Translations under genes and position numbers: made by a program | Source of the DNA: a phage | Strand: one strand, 5' to 3' | Length of the DNA: 64,000 nt | Sequence record: PV467749.1 | The notes under the pieces: generated by a model | What the model saw: the letters and a program-made list of their open reading frames with translations, nothing else | Told to the model about the DNA's origin: nothing | Databases searched by the model: none | Shown here: piece after piece, positions 1-13,849 of the stretch | Numbering within the stretch: position 1 is the stretch's first letter | Layout: each line of letters begins with the position of its first letter

Positions 1-880
1 GAGCTTGTGGAGCAGGTTTGTTTTCACTAATAGTACCAGTTGTTGGTTTTTGTACACCTGCTGGACGGTAAGCGAAAGCCCAACGTGCAGGGTCATAAGG
101 TTTACCATCAACAGATGCTTCGAACATTTCTTCGATAGCTTTTAGTTCTTCTGGAGTTGGTTGTTTTGGCATAAAATCATTTAGATTATATAGACCAAAC
201 TTTTCAATCGCTGCCAGTTCTTCTTCATTGAGTGGACGCTCGGACATGGAGAATTGAGACATGTCATAGCTATTGTAACCACCACCATTCTTAGTTTTAA
301 CAATACCAAAATCACGACCGTGAATGTAGTGAGTTGGTAGTTCTTTGATGCCTGGGTTTAGCAGGATAGATTTAACTTTATCAAAGATATCTTTGTTAGC
401 TAGGATACGACGGATTGGGTTTTCTGGAGCAATATCGTCTTTTACTGCTACGCTATCAGGAGCAACGAAACATTGCATTAGATAGGTTTTCTTTTTCCAG
501 TAACGACCAGCCATTGCTTTCAGTTCTTCGTTTCCAGTTTCATTCGCACTTTGGAACCATTGACGTACTTCTTTAAGAATTGGACATGATTTAGGAACCC
601 ACATTTCGTTACATGGTACTTGAACGGTAACTTTATCGGTGTGCATACCAACAATACCTTGGAACGTTAGGTTGATCATATCACGTTCACGCCAGAAGAA
701 TGGGTTAGACTCATCAGCATCTGGTAGAAAACGTAGGTTTAGTGGTTCATTGTAAGGGACATTCCAGAAAGCTAGGAAAGAATCGGCTTTACGTTCACCT
801 GTAAATGTACCATTCTTCTGTGCTTCTGCTTTTTCTTGTTCAGCTTTTAGTTTTGCACGAATTTCAGCTAGAGTTTGCAT
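1..880 (-). CDS. gp32: ssDNA-binding protein, gp32-like (partial; C-terminus lies beyond window start)
   Basis: Minus-strand reading frame open from ATG at 880-878 to position 1 (not in ORF track because it has no stop in window). Translation MQTLAEIRAKL...RFLPDADESNPFF...KKTYLMQCFVAPDS...IAPENPIRRIL resembles conserved blocks of T4 gp32; AU-rich leader upstream. Confidence 0.75.
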   Translation of the reverse strand, partial: MQTLAEIRAKLKAEQEKAEAQKNGTFTGERKADSFLAFWNVPYNEPLNLRFLPDADESNPFFWRERDMINLTFQGIVGMHTDKVTVQVPCNEMWVPKSCPILKEVRQWFQSANETGNEELKAMAGRYWKKKTYLMQCFVAPDSVAVKDDIAPENPIRRILANKDIFDKVKSILLNPGIKELPTHYIHGRDFGIVKTKNGGGYNSYDMSQFSMSERPLNEEELAAIEKFGLYNLNDFMPKQPTPEELKAIEEMFEASVDGKPYDPARWAFAYRPAGVQKPTTGTISENKPAPQA

Positions 881-967
881 ATTGGGCTTCCTTGTCATTA
901 GTTTGTTTGTTAAGTTTTAACGGGCTATTAACGTTGATTTGTCTTCATTGACTCATCAACAATTTAC

Positions 968-997
968 ATTATATCATGGGATTTTTAACCGTCCCAA
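968..997 (-). promoter_or_regulatory. candidate sigma70-like promoter upstream of gp32-like gene (-35 TTGGGA, 18-nt spacer, -10 TATAAT)
   Basis: Minus-strand TATAAT (plus 968-973) and weak -35 TTGGGA (plus 992-997); followed by AU-rich leader with UUAA-type repeats before the ATG at 880. Confidence 0.35.
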
Positions 998-1013
998 GGT
1001 TTTTTTACTCTGT

Positions 1014-1040
1014 TTGTCAAGGCTCATTGCCCTGACAAAC
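1014..1040. repeat. inverted repeat / hairpin (TTTGTCAAGGC-N5-GCCCTGACAAA)
   Basis: About 11-bp imperfect stem directly after the stop of the 434-aa gene and upstream of the gp32-like promoter; flanked by A/T runs. Confidence 0.5.
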
Positions 1041-1053
1041 ATCATTATATCAC

Positions 1054-6288
<5,235 letters not shown>

Positions 6289-6421
6289 TCACTTTCCCAG
6301 ATTTGATAAATAATATCATAGAGATCAGGGAATATTGCCTTAAATTTAAATGTGGTTTATATTTTTTGATAAATAATATTAAGCAGGGTGTTCCTGCACA
6401 AAATTTGACAAGGAGATTTTT

Positions 6422-7021
6422 ATGAGTCTTAATTCTTTTAACCGTAACTATGGTATGTCTGCTACTGCTCGTGAATACTGGGGTGGTAACAATGGTTTCG
6501 TAACCATCGTTGTTGATCTACCAGCAGATGTTGAAGTTGGTACTACCGCTGTTACTTCTGACGGTTCCGAAATTCAAGATGAAGCACTACAAACTGCAAT
6601 CAGCAATGCTCAATACAACCAATTCATGATTACCCAACTACTACAACAACGTGCAGTACTAGTTACTACTTCCGTACTAGCTCTAGACACCGCTGTTGTT
6701 ATCCCTGCTGACTTTAAAACCGTTGGTGGTAACGTAATCGCGTTTGGTACTAGTGGTGCTGATGTTACAGGTGGTGCTGGTTCTGTTGCTCTAACCTTCA
6801 TCTGTGAACGTCAAGACGTATTTGACAAACAAGAAGTTCGCCCAGGTGCTGCTTACTCTGTACCAGTTGATCCAACTGTTGAACTAGCTAAAGCTATTGC
6901 ACAAGCTAAATTCTTCCGTACCAAATCTTATGTTGCTCTAGGTACTGATGGTGTTGGTGATGCTGCTGCCGCTGACGCTGTTGCAATTAAAGTTCGTGCT
7001 GCTCTACCAGTACAACTATAA
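6422..7021 (+). CDS. hypothetical abundant protein, paralog A (199 aa)
   Basis: AGGAG RBS 8 nt upstream; Ala/Val/Thr/Gly-rich; shares motifs (QQRAVLV/IIATS, ER-DVFDK) with the next gene; codon usage like the capsid gene (cta Leu, cgt Arg, ggt Gly). Confidence 0.7.
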   Translation: MSLNSFNRNYGMSATAREYWGGNNGFVTIVVDLPADVEVGTTAVTSDGSEIQDEALQTAISNAQYNQFMITQLLQQRAVLVTTSVLALDTAVVIPADFKTVGGNVIAFGTSGADVTGGAGSVALTFICERQDVFDKQEVRPGAAYSVPVDPTVELAKAIAQAKFFRTKSYVALGTDGVGDAAAADAVAIKVRAALPVQL

Positions 7022-7036
7022 TAGGGGGACTACAAT

Positions 7037-7726
7037 ATGTCTAATACTAATACTTCTTTTGAACGTATCAATGGTTATTCCTTTGATAAAATTCTAGGTT
7101 ACTTCTGTGGCAAAAACGCCCTAGCATCTATCGCAATTAGTAAAATTGGTAATGTTAACGTGCGTGTTACTGGTGCAGTTGGTTCTTTCGCTGGTCTACA
7201 ACGTTTCCTAAACACTGATGTAGCTGATGAAATCGTTGCATATCTAAACGAAAAAGGTATCATCCGTATCGATGGTACTCCATTTGAAGCAGCAACTCTA
7301 GAAGCTGATTATAACGCTGCTTACGCTGCACAAACTAACGTTAAACGTATCGTTGATGTTGTTCAACAACGTGCAGTTATCATCGCTACTTCCGAAATCG
7401 CTGGCAACGACGTTGAGCCATTTGCAGTTACTGGTTTTACCAACGCTGCTGACGGTATCCTAAGTGTTGGGTCTGTTGATATCGCTAGTGCTTCAGTAGT
7501 TACTTTCCTCGTTGAACGTGCTAACGTATTTGATAAAGATATTCAATCTTTCCAAGGCGTTCCAAGTACTGAGATCGAAGAAGGCCGTCTACTAATTGAT
7601 GACCTAACCGCAGTTCCACTACTCGCTAAAGATGGTGTTACTGAAGTTGTTCTACGTTCCCAAGCTGCTGATGCTGCTGGTGACTTCGGTATCAAACTAT
7701 TCAAATTCATCCCAGCGATGGTTTAA
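7037..7726 (+). CDS. hypothetical abundant protein, paralog B (229 aa)
   Basis: GGGGGA RBS; paralogous to 6422..7021; same biased codon usage; followed by terminator. Confidence 0.7.
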   Translation: MSNTNTSFERINGYSFDKILGYFCGKNALASIAISKIGNVNVRVTGAVGSFAGLQRFLNTDVADEIVAYLNEKGIIRIDGTPFEAATLEADYNAAYAAQTNVKRIVDVVQQRAVIIATSEIAGNDVEPFAVTGFTNAADGILSVGSVDIASASVVTFLVERANVFDKDIQSFQGVPSTEIEEGRLLIDDLTAVPLLAKDGVTEVVLRSQAADAAGDFGIKLFKFIPAMV

Positions 7727-7747
7727 TAAATTAAAGATAAAAGAAAA

Positions 7748-7773
7748 GGAGAGCTTTTGCTCTCCTTTTTTTA
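7748..7773. terminator. bidirectional rho-independent terminator (A-run, GGAGAGC-TTTT-GCTCTCC, T-run)
   Basis: Perfect 7-8 bp GC-rich stem with 4-nt loop flanked by A-run upstream and T-run downstream; sits between convergent genes ending at 7726 (+) and 7771 (-). Confidence 0.8.
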
Positions 7774-8523
7774 TTTGTATGAACGGAACCCTTCAGGTAA
7801 ACCAGGTAGATTCTCTAACCCTTCGTTCGCATTCACTAGCTTTACGTCATAATCATCACTGAAATCATCCGTAGCTAGTTTACGCCCCATGTCTCTAACG
7901 AAGTTGTCAATAATTTCTTCTTCGTCATTACCTGGATGACCTTCCGCTTTTAACTTTTTCCAAAAGTATTCATTATAATCAAAAACAAATTCAACTTCAT
8001 TTGTTTCTGGATTAAGTACTACATCCAAATCAATCCAAGGTTCTTTACGTAAAGTAAAGATTTCCTTTGAATACTCTTGTTGTGTAATCTCTTCATAACG
8101 ATATGCAAACTCGATAGCTTTAAGACGTTTGTCATCACCATCAGGCATTAGTTCGATTACTTCCATATCATACTCTTTTTGAGTAATTGCACCAGTACTT
8201 AATTTAGCATCAAGTAATTTTACATTATACTCATCACGGGTAATCTTGGAATACTTCAATTGTACATCTGCCTGTGCTATTAGATAATCAAGAGTTTCTA
8301 ATACATTGTATTTCTTTTTGATATCCAACTGTGCTACATCAACTTCATATGGTGTTAGATATGTAAGTTCTGCAACTAACATATCAGCTTCATAATCATC
8401 GTTATAGTAGTATGCTTTCGCAATCTCTTTCGCTTTACCAGAAAGTCCCCAATGAGCGGGGACCATCCAGAAAGGAATAAACCTTTTTTTAGCCATTTGA
8501 TTTCTTACCAAAAATTTCTTCAA
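7771..8523 (-). CDS. hypothetical protein (start uncertain, 241-250 aa)
   Basis: ORF downstream of GroES-like gene on same strand; possible ATG start at 8496. Confidence 0.55.
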   Translation of the reverse strand: MKKFLVRNQMAKKRFIPFWMVPAHWGLSGKAKEIAKAYYYNDDYEADMLVAELTYLTPYEVDVAQLDIKKKYNVLETLDYLIAQADVQLKYSKITRDEYNVKLLDAKLSTGAITQKEYDMEVIELMPDGDDKRLKAIEFAYRYEEITQQEYSKEIFTLRKEPWIDLDVVLNPETNEVEFVFDYNEYFWKKLKAEGHPGNDEEEIIDNFVRDMGRKLATDDFSDDYDVKLVNANEGLENLPGLPEGFRSYK

Positions 8524-8791
8524 TTTTCATCACATAATATGTGTCTTCACCACCACCAAGATCTTCAGTGATAGGAGTGTTTAGTGATGAACGACCGAAT
8601 ACAACCATATCACCAACACAAATATTATGTTCTGCAATTTGCCCATTAGGTAGTACTTTACCTTCACCAACTGAAATCACCATACCAACACATGGTGGTT
8701 CCACGTTTCCTAGGATAATACCACCAGTACTTTTATTCTGTGCTTCAATTTGACGAACCAGTACATAATCGTTAATCATTTTAATTTTCAT
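8489..8791 (-). CDS. groES: GroES/Cpn10-like co-chaperonin (T4 gp31 analog)
   Basis: MKIKMINDYVLVRQIEAQNKSTGGIIL...VGMVISVGEGKVLPNGQ...VGDMVVF matches the GroES pattern; ATG 8791 with GGAGG RBS; start overlaps the stop of the upstream zinc-ribbon ORF (ATGA). Confidence 0.8.
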   Translation of the reverse strand: MKIKMINDYVLVRQIEAQNKSTGGIILGNVEPPCVGMVISVGEGKVLPNGQIAEHNICVGDMVVFGRSSLNTPITEDLGGGEDTYYVMKIEEIFGKKSNG

Positions 8792-8792
8792 A

Positions 8793-8999
8793 TCAGTAAC
8801 CTCCAGTGTTTGCAAACCATTTACCACGGAAATAAAGATTAGCACCTTTATCACCAGGGGTAAAAACTTCCAACTTCATAGTCTTTTCACCATTACATTG
8901 AGGACAATCATGAGGTTCTTCACGATTGGCAATTTTTACAATCTTTTCTAAACTGTGTTTACATTCTTCTTTTTCACAACGATATGTATATAATGGCAT
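8793..8999 (-). CDS. small zinc-ribbon protein (CxxC...CxxC, FmdB-like)
   Basis: 68 aa with YRCEKEECKH...HDCPQCNG cysteine pairs; AAGGAAG RBS; translationally coupled to GroES-like gene. Confidence 0.65.
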   Translation of the reverse strand: MPLYTYRCEKEECKHSLEKIVKIANREEPHDCPQCNGEKTMKLEVFTPGDKGANLYFRGKWFANTGGY

Positions 9000-9020
9000 T
9001 TTTGTCTTCCTTTACTTATT

Positions 9021-9055
9021 TTTAAATCAAAAATTTGGGGAACTCCATGTTCCCC
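9021..9055 (-). terminator. putative terminator hairpin (GGGGAAC-TCCAT-GTTCCCC) after the 243-aa gene
   Basis: 7-bp perfect stem; on minus strand followed by AAAUUUUUGAUUU. A TATAAATA motif sits immediately upstream, so its role is ambiguous. Confidence 0.4.
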
Positions 9056-9057
9056 AT

Positions 9058-9065
9058 TATTTATA
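9058..9065 (-). promoter_or_regulatory. T4-type late promoter motif TATAAATA (minus strand)
   Basis: Exact TATAAATA about 60 nt upstream of the zinc-ribbon/GroES-like operon. Confidence 0.4.
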
Positions 9066-9797
9066 TTAGCAACCAGTTACGTAAATCTTGTATACCGCAA
9101 TACCAGTGTCTAGAGTTACGTTTAGCATACCAGTTTTTGTAATACCAAGGGTAACAGATTCTGCGTTAGAAACGCGGGATAGAGCTTGTAGAACACGATC
9201 AATGTTATAACCAAAACCAAGACCTAGTTCACCTTCAGTTTTAGAGAATGCTAGTGCACCAACGTGGTTACTTTTGTTCTTCTCACCAACGTGGAAGTAA
9301 AGAGTATCACCTTCAGTGTATGGAGTTACTAGAGAACTGAAAGATTTAAACACACCAGAGAAGCTTTTTAGTTCCTGAACTTTAGCTGCACTAGGTGTAA
9401 CCTGTACGTCATATGGTTGTTCGTGGAAACGAGGCTGGGCTGGAATTAGTTTTTCTGGTTGAACCATGAAAGTAGTGCTTGCATCTTCTGCTTTGAATGC
9501 TAGGCTCTTAACTGCACCATCTTTCAAATTAGAAGTGATAGTAGTTCCTTCAGTACTATAAGTTTTTAGAGACATTAGACCCTGTAGAAGACCTATGTTA
9601 CCAAGACCAAAACGACCTTGAACTTCTGGTACGTCTTCTTTAGTGTGAGCACGCATAACTAGGGTGCGGTCATCGGTGTATGCTTCCATGTAAACACGCT
9701 GTCCATCACCACGGTCTTCACTGCTAACTGCGATACAAGAAAAGTCGATGCCGTTGGTAGTGTTAACTAGGTCACGTAGTACGTTGCGTAGATCCAT
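9066..9797 (-). CDS. putative DNA polymerase sliding clamp (gp45-like); otherwise hypothetical
   Basis: 243 aa, similar in size to T4 gp45 (228 aa); weak block similarity (FGLGNIGLLQGLMSL, TTFMVQPEKLIPA) to gp45; downstream of DNA polymerase; highly biased codon usage; GGAG RBS; own sigma70-like promoter. Confidence 0.35.
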   Translation of the reverse strand: MDLRNVLRDLVNTTNGIDFSCIAVSSEDRGDGQRVYMEAYTDDRTLVMRAHTKEDVPEVQGRFGLGNIGLLQGLMSLKTYSTEGTTITSNLKDGAVKSLAFKAEDASTTFMVQPEKLIPAQPRFHEQPYDVQVTPSAAKVQELKSFSGVFKSFSSLVTPYTEGDTLYFHVGEKNKSNHVGALAFSKTEGELGLGFGYNIDRVLQALSRVSNAESVTLGITKTGMLNVTLDTGIAVYKIYVTGC

Positions 9798-9864
9798 TAT
9801 ATAATTCTCCGTTTTATTTGTTAATCAAAAATGTTTTTGTATGCTTCAGATTACTACAAGCACC

Positions 9865-9894
9865 ATTATATCTCGTGAATGATGCTTGTCTCAA
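9865..9894 (-). promoter_or_regulatory. sigma70-like promoter (-35 TTGAGA, 18-nt spacer, -10 TATAAT)
   Basis: Minus-strand TATAAT at plus 9865-9870 and TTGAGA at plus 9889-9894, about 60 nt upstream of ATG 9797. Confidence 0.5.
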
Positions 9895-9901
9895 TTTTTT
9901 A

Positions 9902-10204
9902 TCAGTATTTTGTGTTCCAACGTTTAAGGTACGGCTTATCAGCGTTTGCACCTGCACCAATGTTGAATTTGTAACGTAGATGTTCTAAGTCTTTTAACGT
10001 GTTAACATCTTCAACAATGACAACTTTGCGTTTCTTTTCAATAGAATAGACGTCAACAATCTCACCATCAATTTCAACAGAACCAGTTCTGGTGAAACCA
10101 GCAGACATTAGAACAACTTCATCATCATTATTGTATGCAAGTACTGAATTTACGATAGTACTATCTTCCAGTACTGCACCAACACGCTTATAGATATTTT
10201 CCAT
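9902..10204 (-). CDS. hypothetical protein (100 aa)
   Basis: ATG at 10204 (MENIYKRVG...) with AAGGAG RBS; track ORF extends upstream to a non-ATG start. Confidence 0.55.
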   Translation of the reverse strand: MENIYKRVGAVLEDSTIVNSVLAYNNDDEVVLMSAGFTRTGSVEIDGEIVDVYSIEKKRKVVIVEDVNTLKDLEHLRYKFNIGAGANADKPYLKRWNTKY

Positions 10205-10205
10205 A

Positions 10206-10346
10206 TTACTCTCCTTGGGATGCACTCCATAAAACGTACTGTTCCCACGCCTCGTTAACACTGTCCTCAGACAGTGCTAGTGATTCATCAGAGAATACGT
10301 CATTTACTTCGTCATATTTTAGTTTAGTTTCGTCTGCAATAATCAT
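10206..10346 (-). CDS. small acidic hypothetical protein (46 aa)
   Basis: ATG at 10346 with AAGGAAAA RBS just after the polymerase stop; acidic composition. Confidence 0.4.
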   Translation of the reverse strand: MIIADETKLKYDEVNDVFSDESLALSEDSVNEAWEQYVLWSASQGE

Positions 10347-10356
10347 AATATTTTCC

Positions 10357-13300
10357 TTACCAGGTGAAGAATCCGTTATTAACGGCTGCTGTACTTTTCT
10401 CATGAATACCAATATCCATATCCAGAATACCAAAAATGTTTTCTAATTTTTTAGTTAGAACTATTTCTTCCATTTTCTCTGTATCAAATGGTAGTTCTAG
10501 GAACCATTCAGGTAGATATTCCACACAGTCAATTGGATAACCTACTGCTTTGATACCCATCGGGTTATCTTTTAAGTTACATACAATTACTTTTGTACCG
10601 TCAGTTACTTCAGGTACAGTTTTGTCATCATATACTTCACGTAGACGGTTCCATTGAATACCTGCTAATACATGACCAACTTTACATTTACCAGAAACTT
10701 CATATTCTGCTTCTAAGTTGGTATAGTTCTTAACAGTTTTCGGTGAACCCTTTTCGTGTACTGGCATGTCTTTAAATACCTCTTTAAAGTCACGTACACG
10801 CTGTTTAAGTTGAGCTTCAGACTCACCCACCAGCAATGCAATTAGAGTCTCTTCTAGGAAGTTCTGGATGTATTTTGGCGTATCTGAACGTTTAATTTCA
10901 AGACCCATCGCTTTAATTTCACCAGGTTTACCATCAACATCTTTACGGAAACCATCTTCCCAGTACTTGAGAATTGCATAACGCTTTTTCTTCAGGAATA
11001 GACCACGGGAACCGACCATCTCTAAGTCTGCACCAACAATCTTACCTTTCTCAATACCAGTATTGAACATTTCGTTCATGAATGAAGGGAATGATTCACC
11101 AACTTCATCACCGATTTTGATATACATGTCAACGATTTCTTCTTTAGAAAGATTATATGGAATACCTTGTTCTTTCAGGTAATGAGTTACACTGAAGTAA
11201 ACGGAGTCAGTATCACCGTAAATCACAGAGCCACCTTGATGATTATAAACACCAGTAGTGATTTCATTGATACGGCTTGCCATATGTTTAGTCATAGAAC
11301 GACCAGTTAAGGTAACGGACTGACCTAAACGCTTATCAAAGAAACGTGAACCTTTGTTCAATAGTGCACCATATAGACTGTTTAGAAGAATCTTACGAAT
11401 TTGCTGGTTCTGTTTCCAGAATGCACTTTGCTGTTTGAAGTAATTCTTATCTTCCGGTGCACAGAAAATACGACCATCTTTCAGTACTAAACCATTTTCC
11501 ACAATGAGTTTTGCAACTTCTTCCCATTGACCTTTACCAATAGCAATACGTAATAGATAAACAGGATCATTGTCATGTAAGTTTGTACGGAACATTGTAC
11601 CACTTGTGTAGTTAGATAGCAAAGGTTCAACCTTCTCAGAACCATTGAATTCCCACCCATCACTATACATGTGTTTGTAGTCGATTACCATTTTTTGTTG
11701 TGCTTTACGCTCAGAATACCATTGAGTAAGAATATCTGGAATTACACCATACTTAGACTTATCAAAAAGTGTTCCGTTAGCACTTAGTACAATAGTACTG
11801 TCTTCAGCAAAGATAATATCATACAATTCTTTACCAGTTGCATTGAACGAACTACCATCTTCTAAATCAACAATCAAAGTTTTGTCAGATTTTTCATGAA
11901 CCATTGTAAATTCTACAGCAGCAAATAAACCATGCCATGCAGCGGTCCAATCAGGTTCAAACGCTTTAGATTTGGATTTAGCTTTTTGCTCTTGTACTTT
12001 AGCAGCAAGATATGCATCAGTGTAGTCTTGACGAAGTTGTCCAAGAATACATTCAGTACTCATGCCAAGTGTACGTAGTACAGTTGGATACAATGAGTTA
12101 AAGTCTGTACATCCCAAATCGCTAACAAGGCCAAGAACTGGATCTTGAACCCATGCACCAGCAGCTTTTGCACTGATTTTCTCATCTTCTTCATCACCTT
12201 CTTCACCATAGTACTCCATCTCTGGATCTAACTCAAAATCATCCTTCGGTGCTTTGTTAAAAACAACTTCACCGCGTGAGTGAGCGAGGTTGATAATAGC
12301 AGTGTCGATTAGTGCAACAGAACCCATTGTGGTACTAATTAGTACACATTCTTTATGAGCAAGACGGTTATGCAGGTTGATAAAGTCACATTTAGCATCA
12401 ATTTTCTTTAGAAGAATACTATCCTGCTTAGAATAACGCAAGAATGTAATGTAATCTTCTCGGTATAATTTATCCAAAGAACCTTCATAGGATACTTTGT
12501 TTTCTTTAGTTACTTTTTCAGCAATATAATCTAGTTTGTACGACTGTTCAACTTGACCAGCATGTTTCTTATAAAGAGCAAGATAGTCTAAGTGTACACG
12601 ACCAATAAGATCATATGTTACTACAGTTTTACCAAAGTTATCAGCTTCACGAGCATTTGGTTTTTTATTCCACAAACACCAACGAGCAGTAGTTGCTTCG
12701 TTGAAGATTTTCTTGGTACGGTTTACCATATATGGAATATCAAAGAATTCACTGTTCCAACCTGAAATTACATCAGAGTCATCGATTAGACTAAAGAACT
12801 CCATAAACATTTCTTTCTCATCCGTATAAAGGATGACAGTACTGTTAGGGTCGTTAGTTTCTTCGTTTAACTGACGAACAATATCTTGTGCTTCGTACAT
12901 TTCCATATCTGTTGGTGGCAAAGTAAGTACATAATCCTTACCAGTCCATGATTGATATAGAGAAATTGCAGTTACACGGTTGAATGGATCTGATGGTGGA
13001 GCATAACCAAACTTCTTATGGAAGTCGGTTTCGATATCGAAAAATGCTACGTTCAAATCCGGCGAACCTTTACCCATGTATTCTCTAGCCAACGTTTTGA
13101 AGGTAATGTTGCAATCACTTTCAAAAATACGCAGACCTTCATTTTTATGTTGCTCAACGCTTTTATTCATCTGTGATTGAGTTTCAAACTCCAAATGCTT
13201 TGCGTTAGTTCCATAAATTGTTTTGTGTTCACCAGTAGGACATTCAACATAATATTCATATACTGGGTCCAACTGACGTAGAATACGTTTACCGTTTTTA

Positions 13301-13362
13301 CGTTCTGCTACGTGCAAAATATCACCAGTACGTTTACGTTCCATATAAGCATCGATATACAT
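10357..13362 (-). CDS. gp43: DNA polymerase, family B (T4 gp43-like)
   Basis: 1001 aa; exonuclease motif FFDIETD, blocks ISGWNSEFFDIPYMVNR, DFNSLYPTV, KILLNSLYGAL (motif B), YGDTDSVY (motif C) paralleling T4 gp43; AAAGGAA RBS. Confidence 0.95.
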   Translation of the reverse strand: MYIDAYMERKRTGDILHVAERKNGKRILRQLDPVYEYYVECPTGEHKTIYGTNAKHLEFETQSQMNKSVEQHKNEGLRIFESDCNITFKTLAREYMGKGSPDLNVAFFDIETDFHKKFGYAPPSDPFNRVTAISLYQSWTGKDYVLTLPPTDMEMYEAQDIVRQLNEETNDPNSTVILYTDEKEMFMEFFSLIDDSDVISGWNSEFFDIPYMVNRTKKIFNEATTARWCLWNKKPNAREADNFGKTVVTYDLIGRVHLDYLALYKKHAGQVEQSYKLDYIAEKVTKENKVSYEGSLDKLYREDYITFLRYSKQDSILLKKIDAKCDFINLHNRLAHKECVLISTTMGSVALIDTAIINLAHSRGEVVFNKAPKDDFELDPEMEYYGEEGDEEDEKISAKAAGAWVQDPVLGLVSDLGCTDFNSLYPTVLRTLGMSTECILGQLRQDYTDAYLAAKVQEQKAKSKSKAFEPDWTAAWHGLFAAVEFTMVHEKSDKTLIVDLEDGSSFNATGKELYDIIFAEDSTIVLSANGTLFDKSKYGVIPDILTQWYSERKAQQKMVIDYKHMYSDGWEFNGSEKVEPLLSNYTSGTMFRTNLHDNDPVYLLRIAIGKGQWEEVAKLIVENGLVLKDGRIFCAPEDKNYFKQQSAFWKQNQQIRKILLNSLYGALLNKGSRFFDKRLGQSVTLTGRSMTKHMASRINEITTGVYNHQGGSVIYGDTDSVYFSVTHYLKEQGIPYNLSKEEIVDMYIKIGDEVGESFPSFMNEMFNTGIEKGKIVGADLEMVGSRGLFLKKKRYAILKYWEDGFRKDVDGKPGEIKAMGLEIKRSDTPKYIQNFLEETLIALLVGESEAQLKQRVRDFKEVFKDMPVHEKGSPKTVKNYTNLEAEYEVSGKCKVGHVLAGIQWNRLREVYDDKTVPEVTDGTKVIVCNLKDNPMGIKAVGYPIDCVEYLPEWFLELPFDTEKMEEIVLTKKLENIFGILDMDIGIHEKSTAAVNNGFFTW

Positions 13363-13390
13363 CGTTTGTATTCCTTTACGTTTATTAAGT

Positions 13391-13419
13391 TAAAAATAAA
13401 GCCCCCATTCATTGGAGGC
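13391..13419 (-). terminator. rho-independent terminator (minus strand) between 101-aa gene and polymerase
   Basis: On minus strand GCCUCC-AAUGAAU-GGGGGC (6-bp stem with one G-U pair) followed by UUUAUUUUU; a C-A mismatch on the plus strand makes it strand-specific. Confidence 0.6.
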
Positions 13420-13444
13420 TATAAAGTTTAGTTTTTAGTACTTA

Positions 13445-13750
13445 TTAGTAATCGTCATCTGCTTGTGGCAAATTGTTAGTAACACTTAGGATAGTTTCGA
13501 TGTTATCGAGTTTGTTTTGTTTATCAAAGTAATCGCCTTTGTAGATACGTTGAGCGGCTTGTTTGATATCGGATGCATCAATACCTAGTTCATCAGAGAT
13601 GGAACTAATGAAATCTGCATAGGATGCTTTGGTATCGTCAATAAAAGTAAGTTGTACTACTGCGTTGTTTAGTGCATCACCTAGACGTTTACGTTGTTCA
13701 TCATTTAGGTCACGAATTTCAACTTTAACTTCTTTTTTAGCTTTTGCCAT
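13445..13750 (-). CDS. hypothetical protein (101 aa, acidic C-terminus)
   Basis: ORF with GGAGAAG RBS upstream of the polymerase gene; no assignable motif. Confidence 0.55.
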   Translation of the reverse strand: MAKAKKEVKVEIRDLNDEQRKRLGDALNNAVVQLTFIDDTKASYADFISSISDELGIDASDIKQAAQRIYKGDYFDKQNKLDNIETILSVTNNLPQADDDY

Positions 13751-13774
13751 TTGTTTGCTTCTCCATGTGTTTTG

Positions 13775-13809
13775 AAAAAAATGTCATCTCACAACCGCTG
13801 TAAGATGAC
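13775..13809 (-). terminator. putative terminator (7-bp stem GTCATCT/AGATGAC, 13-nt loop, U-run) after fibre-like gene
   Basis: On minus strand the hairpin is followed by AUUUUUUUC. Confidence 0.4.
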
Positions 13810-13849
13810 TACATTGTATCACTACTTTAAAAGTTGTCTCAATATTTTT

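Noticed and set aside
10206-10433. 75-aa track ORF overlapping the 3' end of the polymerase gene
   Set aside because: N-terminal part overlaps the polymerase coding region; only the portion from ATG 10346 (with RBS) retained as a possible small gene.
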